A DNA stretch of 64,000 bases from Escherichia coli (GTDB lineage Bacteria; Pseudomonadota; Gammaproteobacteria; Enterobacterales; Enterobacteriaceae). Below, one piece after another: positions 50,577 through 61,714 of the stretch. Position 1 is the stretch's first letter. Every line of letters starts with the position of its first letter. Location: assembly GCF_003991155.1 (NCBI RefSeq), contig NZ_CP031293.1; one strand, given 5' to 3'. Below the pieces are notes generated by a model. It was not told where the DNA came from. It ran no database searches and saw only the letters and a program-made list of their open reading frames with translations. The position numbers were made by a program, and so were the translations under genes.

Positions 50577-50947
50577 GACCATAACCTCAATGATTTATTT
50601 TTATACAAACTATGTTACGTGCTGTAACAGGAGCGCGAAGTGTAGGGTCTGAGGTACATCTTAGAAATCAGACCAGTGGCGAGAGTATAGGTCGGACCAG
50701 CTGGAATGTTGCAAGTATGTTTCTATCTTTTTTCAAATATGATCTAAGAAACGCGATCCAGCTGGCAAAATTTGGAGGTGGCGCACTCATGGATTCGGGT
50801 GAATTTTGTTTTAGATCATTTTTAAGTGTGATTTCGGTCACTTATCCGATTTTGCAGAATTAACAACTGGAGCAGCACTTTCCGGAAGCGTAAAATATCC
50901 ACAACGTTTATCTGGCACCTTGGGTGCACATACAGAGGAAATCAACG

Positions 50948-51232
50948 ATGAGTAAATGTAGTGCTGATGAAACCCCGGTTTGCTGCTGTATGGATGTTGG
51001 CACCATTATGGACAACTCCGACTGCACCGCGTCTTATAGCCGCGTGTTTGCAAACCGCGCAGAAGCAGAACAAACGCTGGCGGCGCTGACTGAAAAAGCC
51101 CGTAGCGTGGAATCCGAACCGTGCAAAATCACCCCGACTTTCACTGAAGAGTCTGACGGTGTACGCCTGGATATCGATTTCACTTTTGCCTGCGAAGCTG
51201 AAATGTTGATCTTCCAGCTGGGTCTGCGTTAA
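50948..51232 (+). CDS. yfcZ: DUF406 small protein
   Basis: 94 aa from ATG at 50948 (MSKCSADETPVCCCMDVG); upstream of fadI as in K-12. Confidence 0.8.
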   Translation: MSKCSADETPVCCCMDVGTIMDNSDCTASYSRVFANRAEAEQTLAALTEKARSVESEPCKITPTFTEESDGVRLDIDFTFACEAEMLIFQLGLR

Positions 51233-51248
51233 TTCCTCTCGGGTATAT

Positions 51249-51285
51249 ACGCCCCTGTCAGTTCCTGGCGGGGGCGTTTTATTTT
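51249..51285 (+). terminator. rho-independent terminator after yfcZ
   Basis: ACGCCCC...GGGGCGT hairpin followed by TTTTATTTT. Confidence 0.55.
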
Positions 51286-51412
51286 CTCTTCTACTTTTCT
51301 CTCTGTGTCATAGCTCCCACTTTCCCTTTTCTCCACTTGGCTAAATGTAAAAAAATGGTTAAGACTATGATCAGGTCAGACCACTTTATTTATTATTTTA
51401 CAGGGGAGTGTT

Positions 51413-52723
51413 ATGGGTCAGGTTTTACCGCTGGTTACCCGCCAGGGCGATCGTATCGCCATTGTTAGCGGCTTACGTACGCCTTTTGCCCGTCAGGCGA
51501 CGGCTTTTCATGGCATTCCCGCTGTTGATTTGGGGAAGATGGTCGTAGGCGAATTGCTGGCACGCAGCGAGATCCCCGCCGAAGTGATTGAACAACTGGT
51601 TTTTGGTCAGGTCGTTCAGATGCCGGAAGCCCCCAACATTGCGCGTGAAATTGTTCTTGGCACCGGAATGAATGTCCATACCGATGCTTACAGCGTCAGC
51701 CGCGCTTGCGCTACCAGTTTCCAGGCGATTGCAAACGTCGCAGAAAGTCTGATGGCGGGAACTATTCGAGCGGGGATTGCCGGTGGGGCCGATTCTTCTT
51801 CCGTATTGCCCATTGGCGTCAGTAAAAAACTGGCGCGCGTGCTGGTTGATGTCAACAAGGCTCGAACCATGAGCCAGCGCCTGAAACTCTTCTCTCGCCT
51901 GCGTTTACGCGACTTAATGCCCGTACCGCCTGCGGTAGCAGAGTATTCTACCGGCTTGCGGATGGGGGACACCGCCGAACAAATGGCGAAAACCTACGGT
52001 ATTACTCGCGAACAGCAAGATGCACTGGCGCACCGTTCGCATCAGCGTGCCGCTCAGGCGTGGTCAGACGGTAAACTCAAAGAAGAGGTGATGACTGCCT
52101 TTATCCCTCCTTATAAACAACCGCTTGTCGAAGACAACAATATTCGCGGTAATTCCTCTCTTGCTGATTACGCAAAGCTGCGTCCGGCGTTTGATCGTAA
52201 ACACGGGACGGTAACGGCGGCGAACAGTACACCACTGACCGATGGCGCAGCGGCGGTGATCCTGATGACTGAATCCCGGGCGAAAGAATTAGGGCTGGTA
52301 CCGCTGGGGTATCTGCGCAGCTACGCATTTACTGCGATAGATGTCTGGCAGGACATGTTGCTCGGCCCGGCCTGGTCAACGCCGCTGGCGCTGGAACGTG
52401 CCGGTTTGACAATGAGCGATCTGACATTGATCGATATGCACGAAGCCTTTGCAGCTCAGACACTGGCGAATATTCAGTTGCTGGGTAGCGAACGTTTTGC
52501 TCGCGACGTACTGGGGCGTGCACATGCCACTGGCGAAGTGGACGAGAGCAAATTTAACGTGCTTGGCGGTTCGATTGCTTATGGGCATCCCTTCGCAGCG
52601 ACCGGCGCGCGGATGATTACCCAGACATTGCATGAACTTCGCCGTCGCGGCGGTGGATTTGGTTTAGTGACCGCCTGTGCTGCGGGTGGACTTGGCGCAG
52701 CAATGGTTGTGGAGGCGGAATAA
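51413..52723 (+). CDS. fadI: 3-ketoacyl-CoA thiolase (anaerobic beta-oxidation)
   Basis: 436 aa; thiolase active-site Cys context [11 protein letters not shown]-terminal [10 protein letters not shown]. Confidence 0.95.
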   Translation: MGQVLPLVTRQGDRIAIVSGLRTPFARQATAFHGIPAVDLGKMVVGELLARSEIPAEVIEQLVFGQVVQMPEAPNIAREIVLGTGMNVHTDAYSVSRACATSFQAIANVAESLMAGTIRAGIAGGADSSSVLPIGVSKKLARVLVDVNKARTMSQRLKLFSRLRLRDLMPVPPAVAEYSTGLRMGDTAEQMAKTYGITREQQDALAHRSHQRAAQAWSDGKLKEEVMTAFIPPYKQPLVEDNNIRGNSSLADYAKLRPAFDRKHGTVTAANSTPLTDGAAAVILMTESRAKELGLVPLGYLRSYAFTAIDVWQDMLLGPAWSTPLALERAGLTMSDLTLIDMHEAFAAQTLANIQLLGSERFARDVLGRAHATGEVDESKFNVLGGSIAYGHPFAATGARMITQTLHELRRRGGGFGLVTACAAGGLGAAMVVEAE

Positions 52724-54867
52724 TGGAAATGGCATCAGCGTTTACTCTTAATGTTCGTCTGGACAACATTGCTATCATCACCATCGACGTACCGGGTGAG
52801 AAAATGAATACCCTGAAGGCGGAGTTTGCCTCGCAGGTGCGCGCCATTATTAAGCAACTCCGTGAAAACAAAGAGTTGCGTGGCGTGGTGTTTGTCTCCG
52901 CGAAACCAGACAACTTCATTGCTGGCGCAGACATCAACATGATCGGCAACTGCAAAACGGCGCAAGAAGCGGAAGTACTGGCGCGGCAGGGGCAACAGTT
53001 AATGGCGGAGATTCATGCTTTGCCCATTCCGGTTATCGCGGCTATTCATGGCGCTTGCCTGGGCGGCGGGCTGGAGTTGGCGCTGGCGTGCCACGGTCGC
53101 GTGTGTACTGACGATCCTAAAACGGTGCTCGGTTTGCCTGAAGTACAACTTGGATTGTTACCCGGTTCAGGCGGCACCCAGCGTTTACCGCGCCTGATAG
53201 GTGTCAGCACAGCATTAGAGATGATCCTCACCGGAAAACAACTTCGGGCGAAACAGGCGGTAAAGCTGGGGTTGGTGGATGATGTCGTTCCGCACTCCAT
53301 ATTGCTGGAAGCCGCTGTTGAGCTGGCAAAGCAGGATCGCCCATCTTCACGCCCTCTACCTGTACGCGAGCGTATTCTGGCGGGGCCGTTAGGTCGTGCG
53401 CTGCTGTTCAAAATGGTCGGTAAGAAAACAGAACACAAAACTCAAGGTAACTATCCGGCGACAGAACGCATCCTGGAGGTTGTCGAAACGGGATTAGCGC
53501 AGGGCACCAGTAGCGGCTATGACGCTGAAGCACGGGCGTTTGGCGAACTGGCGATGACGCCGCAATCGCAGGCTTTGCGTAGTATCTTTTTTGCCAGTAC
53601 GGACGTGAAGAAAGATCCTGGCAGTGATGCGCCGCCTGCGCCGTTAAATAGCGTAGGGATTTTAGGTGGTGGCTTGATGGGCGGCGGTATTGCTTATGTC
53701 ACTGCTTGTAAAGCGGGGCTTTCGGTCAGAATTAAAGATATCAACCCGCAGGGCATAAATCATGCGCTGAAGTACAGTTGGGATCAGCTGGAGGGCAAAG
53801 TTCGCCGTCGTCATCTCAAAGCCAGCGAACGTGACAAACAGCTGGCTTTAATCTCCGGAACGACGGACTATTGCGGCTTTGCCCATCGCGATCTGATTAT
53901 TGAAGCGGTGTTTGAAAATCTCGAATTAAAACAACAGATGGTGGCGGAAGTGGAGCAAAATTGCGCTACTCATACCATCTTTGCTTCGAACACGTCATCT
54001 TTACCGATTGGCGATATCGCCGCTCACGCCGCGCGACCTGAGCAAGTTATTGGCCTGCATTTCTTCAGTCCGGTGGAAAAAATGCCGCTGGTGGAGATTA
54101 TTCCTCATGCGAGTACATCGGCGCAAACCATCGCCACCACGGTAAAACTGGCGAAAAAACAGGGCAAAACGCCAATTGTCGTGCGTGACAAAGCCGGGTT
54201 TTACGTCAATCGCATCTTAGCGCCTTACATCAATGAAGCTATCCGCATGTTGACCGAAGGCGAGCGTATTGAGCATATCGATGCCGCGCTGGTGAAATTT
54301 GGTTTTCCGGTAGGCCCAATCCAACTTTTGGATGAGGTAGGAATCGACACCGGGACTAAAATTATTCCTGTACTGGAAGCCGCTTATGGAGAACGTTTTA
54401 GCGCGCCTGCAAATGTTGTTTCTTCAATTTTGAACGACGATCGCAAAGGCAGAAAAAATGGTCGGGGTTTCTATCTTTATGGTCAGAAAGGGCGTAAAAG
54501 CAAAAAACAGGTCGATCCCGCCATTTACCCGCTCATTGGCGCACAAGGGCAGGGGCGACTCTCCGCACCGCAGGTTGCTGAACGGTGTGTGATGTTGATG
54601 CTGAATGAAGCAGTACGTTGTCTGGACGAGCAGGTTATCCGTAGCGTACGTGACGGGGATATTGGCGCGGTATTTGGCATTGGTTTTCCGCCATTTCTCG
54701 GTGGACCGTTCCGCTATATCGATTCTCTCGGCGCAGGCGAAGTGGTTGCAATAATGCAACGACTGGCCACGCAGTATGGTTCCCGTTTTACCCCTTGCGA
54801 GCGTTTAGTCGAGATGAGCAAGCGTGGGGAAAGTTTTTGGAAAACAACTGCAACTGACCTGCAATAA
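52723..54867 (+). CDS. fadJ: multifunctional enoyl-CoA hydratase / 3-hydroxyacyl-CoA dehydrogenase
   Basis: 714 aa; crotonase fold then NAD-binding [13 protein letters not shown]. Confidence 0.95.
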   Translation: MEMASAFTLNVRLDNIAIITIDVPGEKMNTLKAEFASQVRAIIKQLRENKELRGVVFVSAKPDNFIAGADINMIGNCKTAQEAEVLARQGQQLMAEIHALPIPVIAAIHGACLGGGLELALACHGRVCTDDPKTVLGLPEVQLGLLPGSGGTQRLPRLIGVSTALEMILTGKQLRAKQAVKLGLVDDVVPHSILLEAAVELAKQDRPSSRPLPVRERILAGPLGRALLFKMVGKKTEHKTQGNYPATERILEVVETGLAQGTSSGYDAEARAFGELAMTPQSQALRSIFFASTDVKKDPGSDAPPAPLNSVGILGGGLMGGGIAYVTACKAGLSVRIKDINPQGINHALKYSWDQLEGKVRRRHLKASERDKQLALISGTTDYCGFAHRDLIIEAVFENLELKQQMVAEVEQNCATHTIFASNTSSLPIGDIAAHAARPEQVIGLHFFSPVEKMPLVEIIPHASTSAQTIATTVKLAKKQGKTPIVVRDKAGFYVNRILAPYINEAIRMLTEGERIEHIDAALVKFGFPVGPIQLLDEVGIDTGTKIIPVLEAAYGERFSAPANVVSSILNDDRKGRKNGRGFYLYGQKGRKSKKQVDPAIYPLIGAQGQGRLSAPQVAERCVMLMLNEAVRCLDEQVIRSVRDGDIGAVFGIGFPPFLGGPFRYIDSLGAGEVVAIMQRLATQYGSRFTPCERLVEMSKRGESFWKTTATDLQ

Positions 54868-55069
54868 GAAGGTCAAAGCTATATGAATCCGCGCTGAATG
54901 GCGGAGTGTTGCTCAAAATGTAAACGCATATTGACTATACTTACGCCATTGAGGTAAAAAACAGCGTTTCATTCGGTGAATGGATAAGGCACAATGCCGG
55001 CCACCGTTTTCTTTCTCTGGTTTCAGATGAAAGAAAACGGGCGAATCTGGTTAACAAAAGCGGTGCAAT

Positions 55070-55555
55070 ATGCAAGTTTTTATCATGCGTCACGGCGACG
55101 CAGCCCTCGATGCCGCCAGTGATTCGGTTCGTCCTCTGACTACTAACGGTTGTGACGAATCTCGCCTGATGGCGAACTGGCTGAAAGGTCAAAAAGTGGA
55201 AATCGAACGCGTTCTGGTGAGCCCGTTCCTGCGAGCCGAGCAAACACTTGAAGAAGTAGGGGATTGTCTGAACCTGCCTTCCAGTGCAGAAGTTCTGCCG
55301 GAGTTAACACCCTGCGGCGATGTTGGTCTGGTCAGTGCCTATTTGCAGGCGTTGACCAATGAAGGTGTTGCTTCGGTACTGGTAATCTCCCACTTACCCT
55401 TAGTCGGGTATCTGGTTGCCGAGTTATGTCCGGGCGAAACGCCGCCTATGTTTACCACGTCAGCGATTGCCAGCGTAACGCTTGATGAAAGCGGAAAAGG
55501 CCAATTCAACTGGCAAATGAGCCCTTGTAATTTGAAGATGGCAAAAGCAATTTAA
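55070..55555 (+). CDS. sixA: phosphohistidine phosphatase
   Basis: 161 aa; RHG motif in MQVFIMRHGDA. Confidence 0.9.
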   Translation: MQVFIMRHGDAALDAASDSVRPLTTNGCDESRLMANWLKGQKVEIERVLVSPFLRAEQTLEEVGDCLNLPSSAEVLPELTPCGDVGLVSAYLQALTNEGVASVLVISHLPLVGYLVAELCPGETPPMFTTSAIASVTLDESGKGQFNWQMSPCNLKMAKAI

Positions 55556-55564
55556 GCAATCAAT

Positions 55565-55600
55565 GCCCGGTTACGTGCGCGTACACCGGGCAGTTTCTCC
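55565..55600 (+). terminator. hairpin downstream of sixA
   Basis: GCCCGGT(TACGTGCGCGTAC)ACCGGGC nested palindrome followed by AGTTTCTCC. Confidence 0.45.
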
Positions 55601-56122
55601 GTCATACAATCATCCTTTTTCTTGTCTAAATGTTGTTAATATTTAACAACTCTCGATAGTTATTATATTTTCCCATTATTGAATCCCGTAATAAAATAAA
55701 GAAGATAATGGTTTTGTGTCTTGAATATATATTTATTGATTTAATTAATATTAAATTTTAGCAATAAATGATGGTAAGGTCATTATAATTTTTTTTAGTG
55801 TGCTTTATAAGCAATTCATTTTTGTTGATTATAATAGTTTGTTTTTTTGTTGATAATTCGCATGTTTTTTTGTTGGAAAGTGGTGAAAGTATTTTGTAGA
55901 TGTATTAATTAATAAAATCTACATAAAGTGTTTAAGTATTACTAAATTGAGTTTTTTTATAGATAAGACCAACATACAGACACACCAGAGAATACTTGTT
56001 TACATTCTATGATTATATTGGAGTGTATATGTTCAATGGCTAACTATAAATATCGGGCATAATATATATTAATTTTATGTCAGGTGTTTATATTATAACT
56101 CTTAATGATTTAAGGACAAATA

Positions 56123-56689
56123 ATGAGTAAGTTTGCCAAAACAGCCATTGCTGCGGCGATGGTCATGGGCGCAGTTGTTTCCAGTTCTGCATTTGCAGCA
56201 GGCAACAACGGTACCGCGCGCTTCTACGGCACCATTGAAGACTCCCCGTGCTCTATCGTTCCAGACGATCACAAACTGGAAGTCGATATGGGTGACATCG
56301 GTGCGGCTAAACTGACCGGCGGTGGCACCACCACACCGAAAGATTTCCAGATCCGTTTACAGGACTGCGTGTTTACCACTGAAACAAGCATGAAGACCAC
56401 GTTCACCGGTACTAACTACGCGGGGCCAGCCAACACGGATAACTATGCGTTATTCAACATTGACACCGGTGTTGCCATGAACCACGTGAGCCTGGTAATC
56501 GGCGATACCCATGGCAAAGGTTATAAAGTGGGCCAAGAAATTGTTCAGCCAATCGTGATGGATGCTTCAACCAGCAAAGGTAAAGACAAGCAAACGCTGA
56601 ACTTTAAAGCCTGGCTGGTGGGTGAAACCGAAGCGCCGGATCTCGGCCAGTTCGAAACCCTGACCACATTCCAGATTACCTATCTCTGA
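56123..56689 (+). CDS. yfcV: fimbrial major subunit
   Basis: 188 aa; signal peptide and C-terminal donor-strand pattern ending TFQITYL; preceded by about 520 bp of AT-rich DNA. Confidence 0.85.
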   Translation: MSKFAKTAIAAAMVMGAVVSSSAFAAGNNGTARFYGTIEDSPCSIVPDDHKLEVDMGDIGAAKLTGGGTTTPKDFQIRLQDCVFTTETSMKTTFTGTNYAGPANTDNYALFNIDTGVAMNHVSLVIGDTHGKGYKVGQEIVQPIVMDASTSKGKDKQTLNFKAWLVGETEAPDLGQFETLTTFQITYL

Positions 56690-56697
56690 TGTGACAA

Positions 56698-56725
56698 CCC
56701 CACAGCGTTCTGCTGTGGGGTTTTT
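56698..56725 (+). terminator. intra-operon attenuator after the major subunit gene
   Basis: CCCCACAGC-GTTCT-GCTGTGGGG followed by TTTTT. Confidence 0.7.
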
Positions 56726-56763
56726 CAACGCGCAACGGATTTACGACTGTTTCACAAACGGAT

Positions 56764-59418
56764 ATGTGTATGCCTAATCACTCAAATTTTCGGCTGCGGG
56801 GAATCGCCTGCTATATTGCGCTGGCAATCTCTGGTGGATCAGTCAATGCATGGGCTGATGATTCCATTCAATTTGACTCCCGTTTCCTTGAGTTAAAGGG
56901 TGACACGAAAATTGATCTCGGTAAGTTTTCAAAAAAAGGGTATGTCGACGCGGGTAAATATAATTTACGTGTATTTATAAATAAACAACCCCTTTCTGAT
57001 GAATACGACATTAACTGGTACGTCTCTGAAAATGATCCAACAAAAACGTATGCCTGCCTGACACCTGAGTTAGTGGCGGCGCTGGGGCTGAAAGAAGGGA
57101 TAGCAAAAAGCCTGCAGTGGACGCACAACGATGAATGCCTTAAACCGGGGCAATTAGATGGGATGGAAGTCGAGAATGATTTAAGCCAGTCGGCGTTGCT
57201 GCTGACAGTGCCACAGGCTTATCTCGAATATACCAGCAGCGACTGGGACCCACCCTCACGCTGGGACGACGGTATTCCTGGCCTGATTGCCGACTACAGC
57301 CTCAATGCGCAAACCCGTCATCAGGAGCAGGGTGGCGAGGACTCACATGATATCAGCGGCAACGGTACCGTTGGGGCGAATCTGGGGGCATGGCGTTTCC
57401 GCGCAGACTGGCAAAGTGATTATCAGCACACCCGCAGCAACGATGACGACGATGACAGCAGTAACAGTACAACGAGCAAAAACTGGGACTGGAGCCGTTA
57501 TTACGCCTGGCGGGCCTTACCCTCTTTAAAAGCGAAGCTGTCGCTGGGTGAAGATTATCTCAACTCCGATATTTTCGACGGCTTTAACTATATTGGCAGC
57601 AGCGTCAGCACCGATGACCAGATGCTGCCGCCCAACCTGCGCGGCTATGCGCCGGATGTCTCCGGCGTGGCGCACAGCAGTGCAAAAGTCACCATTAGCC
57701 AGATGGGCCGGGTACTTTACGAAACCCAGGTTCCCGCCGGGCCATTCCGCATTCAGGATATCGGCGACTCCGTCTCCGGCACACTGCACGTCCGCGTTGA
57801 AGAACAGAATGGTCAGGTGCAGGAATATGACGTTACCACCGCATCTATGCCATTCCTCACGCGCCAGGGGCAGGTGCGTTACAAAGTGATGATGGGGCGT
57901 CCGGAAGACTGGAACCACAGGACCGAAGGCGGCTTTTTCTCCGGTGGAGAAGCGTCATGGGGGGTAGCAGATGGCTGGTCGCTCTACGGTGGCGCGCTGG
58001 CAGATGAACACTACCAGTCGGCGGCGATGGGGGTGGGGCGCGACCTCGCACAGTTTGGCGCGCTGGCGTTCGATGTGACTCACTCGCACGTCAACCTGGA
58101 GCATGACAGCGCATACGGCAAAGGAAAACTGGACGGCAACTCCTTTCGCGTGAGCTATGCCAAAGACTTTGACGAACTCAACAGCCGCGTCACCTTTGCA
58201 GGCTACCGTTTTTCTGAAAAGAACTTCATGACCATGAGCGAGTATCTGGACGCGAACCAGTCGGACATGGCGCGGACCGGTAACGACAAAGAGATGTATA
58301 CGATCACCTATAACCAGAACTTTGCCGCTGCGGGTGTCTCGATCTATCTCAACTACTCCCATCGTACTTACTGGGATCGCCCGGAACAGACAAACTATAA
58401 CCTGATGTTTTCCCACTATTTTAATATGGGGAGCATTCGCAACATGAGCATCTCGGTGACCGGCTATCGCTACGAATATGACGATAATGCGGATAAGGGG
58501 ATGTACCTCAGCATGAGCATTCCGTGGAGCGACAGCAGCACCGTGACCTACAACGGCTCCTACGGCAGTGGGTCGGACAGCAGCCAGGTCGGTTACTTTA
58601 AGCGCGTTGATGACGCAACGCACTACCAGGTTAACGTCGGTACCAGCGAACAGCACGGCAGCGTGGATGGTTATCTGAGCCATGACGGTTCGCTGGCGAA
58701 GGTTGATCTCAGCGCCAACTACCATGAAGGGGAATACCGTTCGGCGGGGATCGCCTTACAGGGCGGGGCAACGCTGACCGCGCATGGCGGCGCGCTGCAT
58801 CGCACTCAAAGCATGGGCGGCACGCGCCTGCTGATTGACGCCGACGGGATTGCTGACGTGCCGGTCGAAAGCAACGGCGCGCCGGTGTACACCAATATGT
58901 TTGGCAAGGCGGTGGTCGCCGATATTAACAACTACTACCGCAATCAGGCGTATATCGATTTAAACAACTTGCCGGAAGATGCGGAAGCCACCCAGTCGGT
59001 GGTGCAGGCAACCCTGACGGAAGGCGCAATCGGCTATCGTAAATTCAAAGTGATCAGCGGGCAAAAAGCGATGGCGGTACTGCGGTTGCGTGACGGTAGC
59101 TACCCGCCGTTTGGCGCGGAAGTGAAAAACGACGAGCAGCAGCAGGTTGGCATTGTGGATGATGAAGGCAATGTCTATCTGGCGGGAGTCAATGCGGGTG
59201 AGCATATGACGGTGTTCTGGGAAGGCAGCGCACAATGCGAGATCGTATTGCCGAAGCCGCTACCTGCCGATCTGTTCAGCGGCCTGTTGTTGCCGTGTGA
59301 ACAAAAGGGAACGGCAGCCCCTGATTCTTCAGCGCCAGAAATTAAGCCTGTTATTCAGGACCAGACGCGGCAAGTCACACCAACGGAAGCGCCGACGTCA
59401 ATTTCAGCTACTCAATAA
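56764..59418 (+). CDS. yfcU: fimbrial usher outer membrane protein (intact)
   Basis: single uninterrupted 884-aa ORF; N-terminal signal peptide; chaperone-usher operon context. Confidence 0.85.
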   Translation: MCMPNHSNFRLRGIACYIALAISGGSVNAWADDSIQFDSRFLELKGDTKIDLGKFSKKGYVDAGKYNLRVFINKQPLSDEYDINWYVSENDPTKTYACLTPELVAALGLKEGIAKSLQWTHNDECLKPGQLDGMEVENDLSQSALLLTVPQAYLEYTSSDWDPPSRWDDGIPGLIADYSLNAQTRHQEQGGEDSHDISGNGTVGANLGAWRFRADWQSDYQHTRSNDDDDDSSNSTTSKNWDWSRYYAWRALPSLKAKLSLGEDYLNSDIFDGFNYIGSSVSTDDQMLPPNLRGYAPDVSGVAHSSAKVTISQMGRVLYETQVPAGPFRIQDIGDSVSGTLHVRVEEQNGQVQEYDVTTASMPFLTRQGQVRYKVMMGRPEDWNHRTEGGFFSGGEASWGVADGWSLYGGALADEHYQSAAMGVGRDLAQFGALAFDVTHSHVNLEHDSAYGKGKLDGNSFRVSYAKDFDELNSRVTFAGYRFSEKNFMTMSEYLDANQSDMARTGNDKEMYTITYNQNFAAAGVSIYLNYSHRTYWDRPEQTNYNLMFSHYFNMGSIRNMSISVTGYRYEYDDNADKGMYLSMSIPWSDSSTVTYNGSYGSGSDSSQVGYFKRVDDATHYQVNVGTSEQHGSVDGYLSHDGSLAKVDLSANYHEGEYRSAGIALQGGATLTAHGGALHRTQSMGGTRLLIDADGIADVPVESNGAPVYTNMFGKAVVADINNYYRNQAYIDLNNLPEDAEATQSVVQATLTEGAIGYRKFKVISGQKAMAVLRLRDGSYPPFGAEVKNDEQQQVGIVDDEGNVYLAGVNAGEHMTVFWEGSAQCEIVLPKPLPADLFSGLLLPCEQKGTAAPDSSAPEIKPVIQDQTRQVTPTEAPTSISATQ

Positions 59419-59437
59419 TCTGATTAAGGAACGATCA

Positions 59438-60190
59438 ATGTCTTATAAATTATCCAGTTCAATGGTCGTCAGCACGGCGCTGGCGGCACTGCTTACCACC
59501 GCCAGCCTGACGGCGCATGCATCGGTCACCCCGGATCGCACCCGTCTGGTGTTTAACGAAAGCGATAAATCGATCAGCGTGACCCTGCGCAACAACAACG
59601 AAAAGCTGCCTTACCTGGCGCAAAGCTGGCTGGAAGATGAGAAGGGCAACAAAATCACCTCGCCGCTGGCGGTACTGCCGCCGGTGCAGCGTATTGACGC
59701 CATGATGAACGGCCAGGTGAAGATTCAGGCGCTGCCGGACATTCACACGCTGCCGTCCGATCGCGAAAGCCTGTTCTATTACAACGTGCGTGAGATCCCG
59801 CCAAAGACCGGGAAAGCCAACACTCTGCAAATTGCCCTGCAAACGCGCATCAAGCTGTTCTGGCGACCAAAGGCGCTGGAGAAGATCGACATGAGAAAAC
59901 CGTGGCAGTTTAAGGTGACGCTCACGCGCAGCGGCCAGGACTATACCGTCAATAACCCGACGCCATACCACGTCATCATCAGCGATGCCAGCACACAGAA
60001 GAAAGGGCCGACCGCCGCCGGGTTTAAACCGCTGGTGATGTCGCCGAAAACGTCACAGCCGTTAAAGGCAAAAATGGACAGCGCCCCGGTGCTGACCTAC
60101 ATCAACGACTACGGCGCGCGCCTGCCGCTGATCTTCCGCTGTGAAGGGGACACCTGCAAGGTGGATGAAGATCAAAGCAGCAAAGGCTGA
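59438..60190 (+). CDS. yfcS: fimbrial periplasmic chaperone
   Basis: 250 aa from ATG at 59438 (MSYKLSSSMVVSTALAALL); PapD-like; track ORF begins at an upstream alternative start. Confidence 0.85.
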   Translation: MSYKLSSSMVVSTALAALLTTASLTAHASVTPDRTRLVFNESDKSISVTLRNNNEKLPYLAQSWLEDEKGNKITSPLAVLPPVQRIDAMMNGQVKIQALPDIHTLPSDRESLFYYNVREIPPKTGKANTLQIALQTRIKLFWRPKALEKIDMRKPWQFKVTLTRSGQDYTVNNPTPYHVIISDASTQKKGPTAAGFKPLVMSPKTSQPLKAKMDSAPVLTYINDYGARLPLIFRCEGDTCKVDEDQSSKG

Positions 60191-60206
60191 TAACGGGAGA
60201 AGCAAC

Positions 60207-60710
60207 ATGAAAGCGTTCTTTCTGGCCGGGTCTGCCGCGCTACTGCTGGCCTGTGGCGCGACCGTTTCCCCGGCAATGGCGGGCGGCAAAATCGTCAACC
60301 TGACGCTGCGCGTACTGGTGGATGGGCCACCGCCCTGCTCGATACAGGGAAGCGCGGTGGAGTTCGGCAGTGTGGTCATTAAAGGCATTGATGGCGTCAA
60401 CTACCGTCAGCCGGTGGGCTACACCATGAACTGCTCAAACAGCGTCAGCGACGACCTGCGAATGCAGCTTCAGTCCACCACCACCACAATTAATGGTGAA
60501 ACGGTACTGAGTACCGGGATCGATGGCTTCGGCATTCGCATTCAGAATGCCGCCGACCATTCGCTGGTGGCCGTGGGCAACGCTAGCTGGCTGCCGTTCA
60601 ACATCAACACCCGGCCAGAATTCGAAGCCGTCCCGGTGAAGCAGAGCGGGGTGGAACTGATGGCATCGGAGTTTAACGCGACCATGACCATGGTGGTGGA
60701 CTACCAATGA
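60207..60710 (+). CDS. yfcR: fimbrial minor subunit
   Basis: 167 aa from ATG at 60207; signal peptide; C-terminus MTMVVDYQ. Confidence 0.8.
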   Translation: MKAFFLAGSAALLLACGATVSPAMAGGKIVNLTLRVLVDGPPPCSIQGSAVEFGSVVIKGIDGVNYRQPVGYTMNCSNSVSDDLRMQLQSTTTTINGETVLSTGIDGFGIRIQNAADHSLVAVGNASWLPFNINTRPEFEAVPVKQSGVELMASEFNATMTMVVDYQ

Positions 60711-61186
60711 AACGACTCGCGTGGTGCTTACTTTACGGTTTTGCTGGCCTGTCGCAGGCCGCGGTTAACGACGTTACTTTTCACGGCACGCTGGTCTCGC
60801 CACCCGCCTGTACCATCAGCGACGGTAAGAGCATTGAAGTGGCGTTCAGCAATGTGATCATCGACAACATCAACGGCGACAACTTTCGTCAGGACGTGCC
60901 TTACACCATCAGTTGCGATCCTGATGTGCGCGACGACGCCTGGGAGATGAGCCTGACCTGGACGGGCCACCAGACCAGCTACGATGACGCCGCCATTGAA
61001 ACCGACGTCGCTGGCCTGGGGATTGAGCTTCAGCAAAACGGCCAGCCGTTTAAAGTGGGCGAACAGTTGAAAATAGACCCGGCGAGCCCGCCGACGCTGA
61101 CCGCGGTGCCGGTAAAAGCCAGCGACGCGGCGCTCAGTGAAGGGAACTTCTCTGCCTGGGCAACCTTAACGGTGGATTACCAATGA
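60707..61186 (+). CDS. yfcQ: fimbrial minor subunit
   Basis: 159 aa; signal peptide; C-terminus ATLTVDYQ; overlaps yfcR stop. Confidence 0.8.
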   Translation: MKRLAWCLLYGFAGLSQAAVNDVTFHGTLVSPPACTISDGKSIEVAFSNVIIDNINGDNFRQDVPYTISCDPDVRDDAWEMSLTWTGHQTSYDDAAIETDVAGLGIELQQNGQPFKVGEQLKIDPASPPTLTAVPVKASDAALSEGNFSAWATLTVDYQ

Positions 61187-61713
61187 ATCTGACTCGCACA
61201 CATTACCGCTACGCGGCGCTGGCGGCGCTGCTGGCGTACGGCGGCATGGCGCAGGCGGCTGACAACCTGCATTTCTACGGCAATTTACTCAGTAAATCCT
61301 GCACGCTGGTGATTCAGGGCGAGTCGCTGGCGGAGGTGCATTTTCCCACCATCAGCCGTAAAGACCTGATGGCGACCGGGCAGTCGGCGCGGGTGCCGGT
61401 GGTGTTTCAACTGAAAGATTGCAAAGGGCCAGCCGAGTATCAAGTCCGGGTGACGCTGACCGGTACGGAAGACAGCGAGCAGCCCGGTTTTCTGGCGCTG
61501 GATGCCTCCTCCGGGGCGCAGGGCGTGGGGATTGGGATGGAAAAAACCGACGGAACGGCGGTGCCGATCAACAACACCAGCGGCGCGACCTTTGTGCTGA
61601 GCACCGGTGATAACAATCTGAATTTTAATGCCTGGCTCCAGGCGAAAAGCGGCCGGGAAGTGACGATGGGTGAATTTACCGCTTCTTTAACCGCAACGTT
61701 TGAGTACCTTTGA
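61183..61713 (+). CDS. yfcP: fimbrial minor subunit
   Basis: 176 aa; signal peptide; C-terminus TATFEYL. Confidence 0.8.
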   Translation: MNLTRTHYRYAALAALLAYGGMAQAADNLHFYGNLLSKSCTLVIQGESLAEVHFPTISRKDLMATGQSARVPVVFQLKDCKGPAEYQVRVTLTGTEDSEQPGFLALDASSGAQGVGIGMEKTDGTAVPINNTSGATFVLSTGDNNLNFNAWLQAKSGREVTMGEFTASLTATFEYL

Positions 61714-61714
61714 T

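Noticed and set aside
57955..58725. 256-aa minus-strand ORF inside the usher gene
   Set aside because: Antisense to the intact usher ORF; typical GC-rich shadow ORF.
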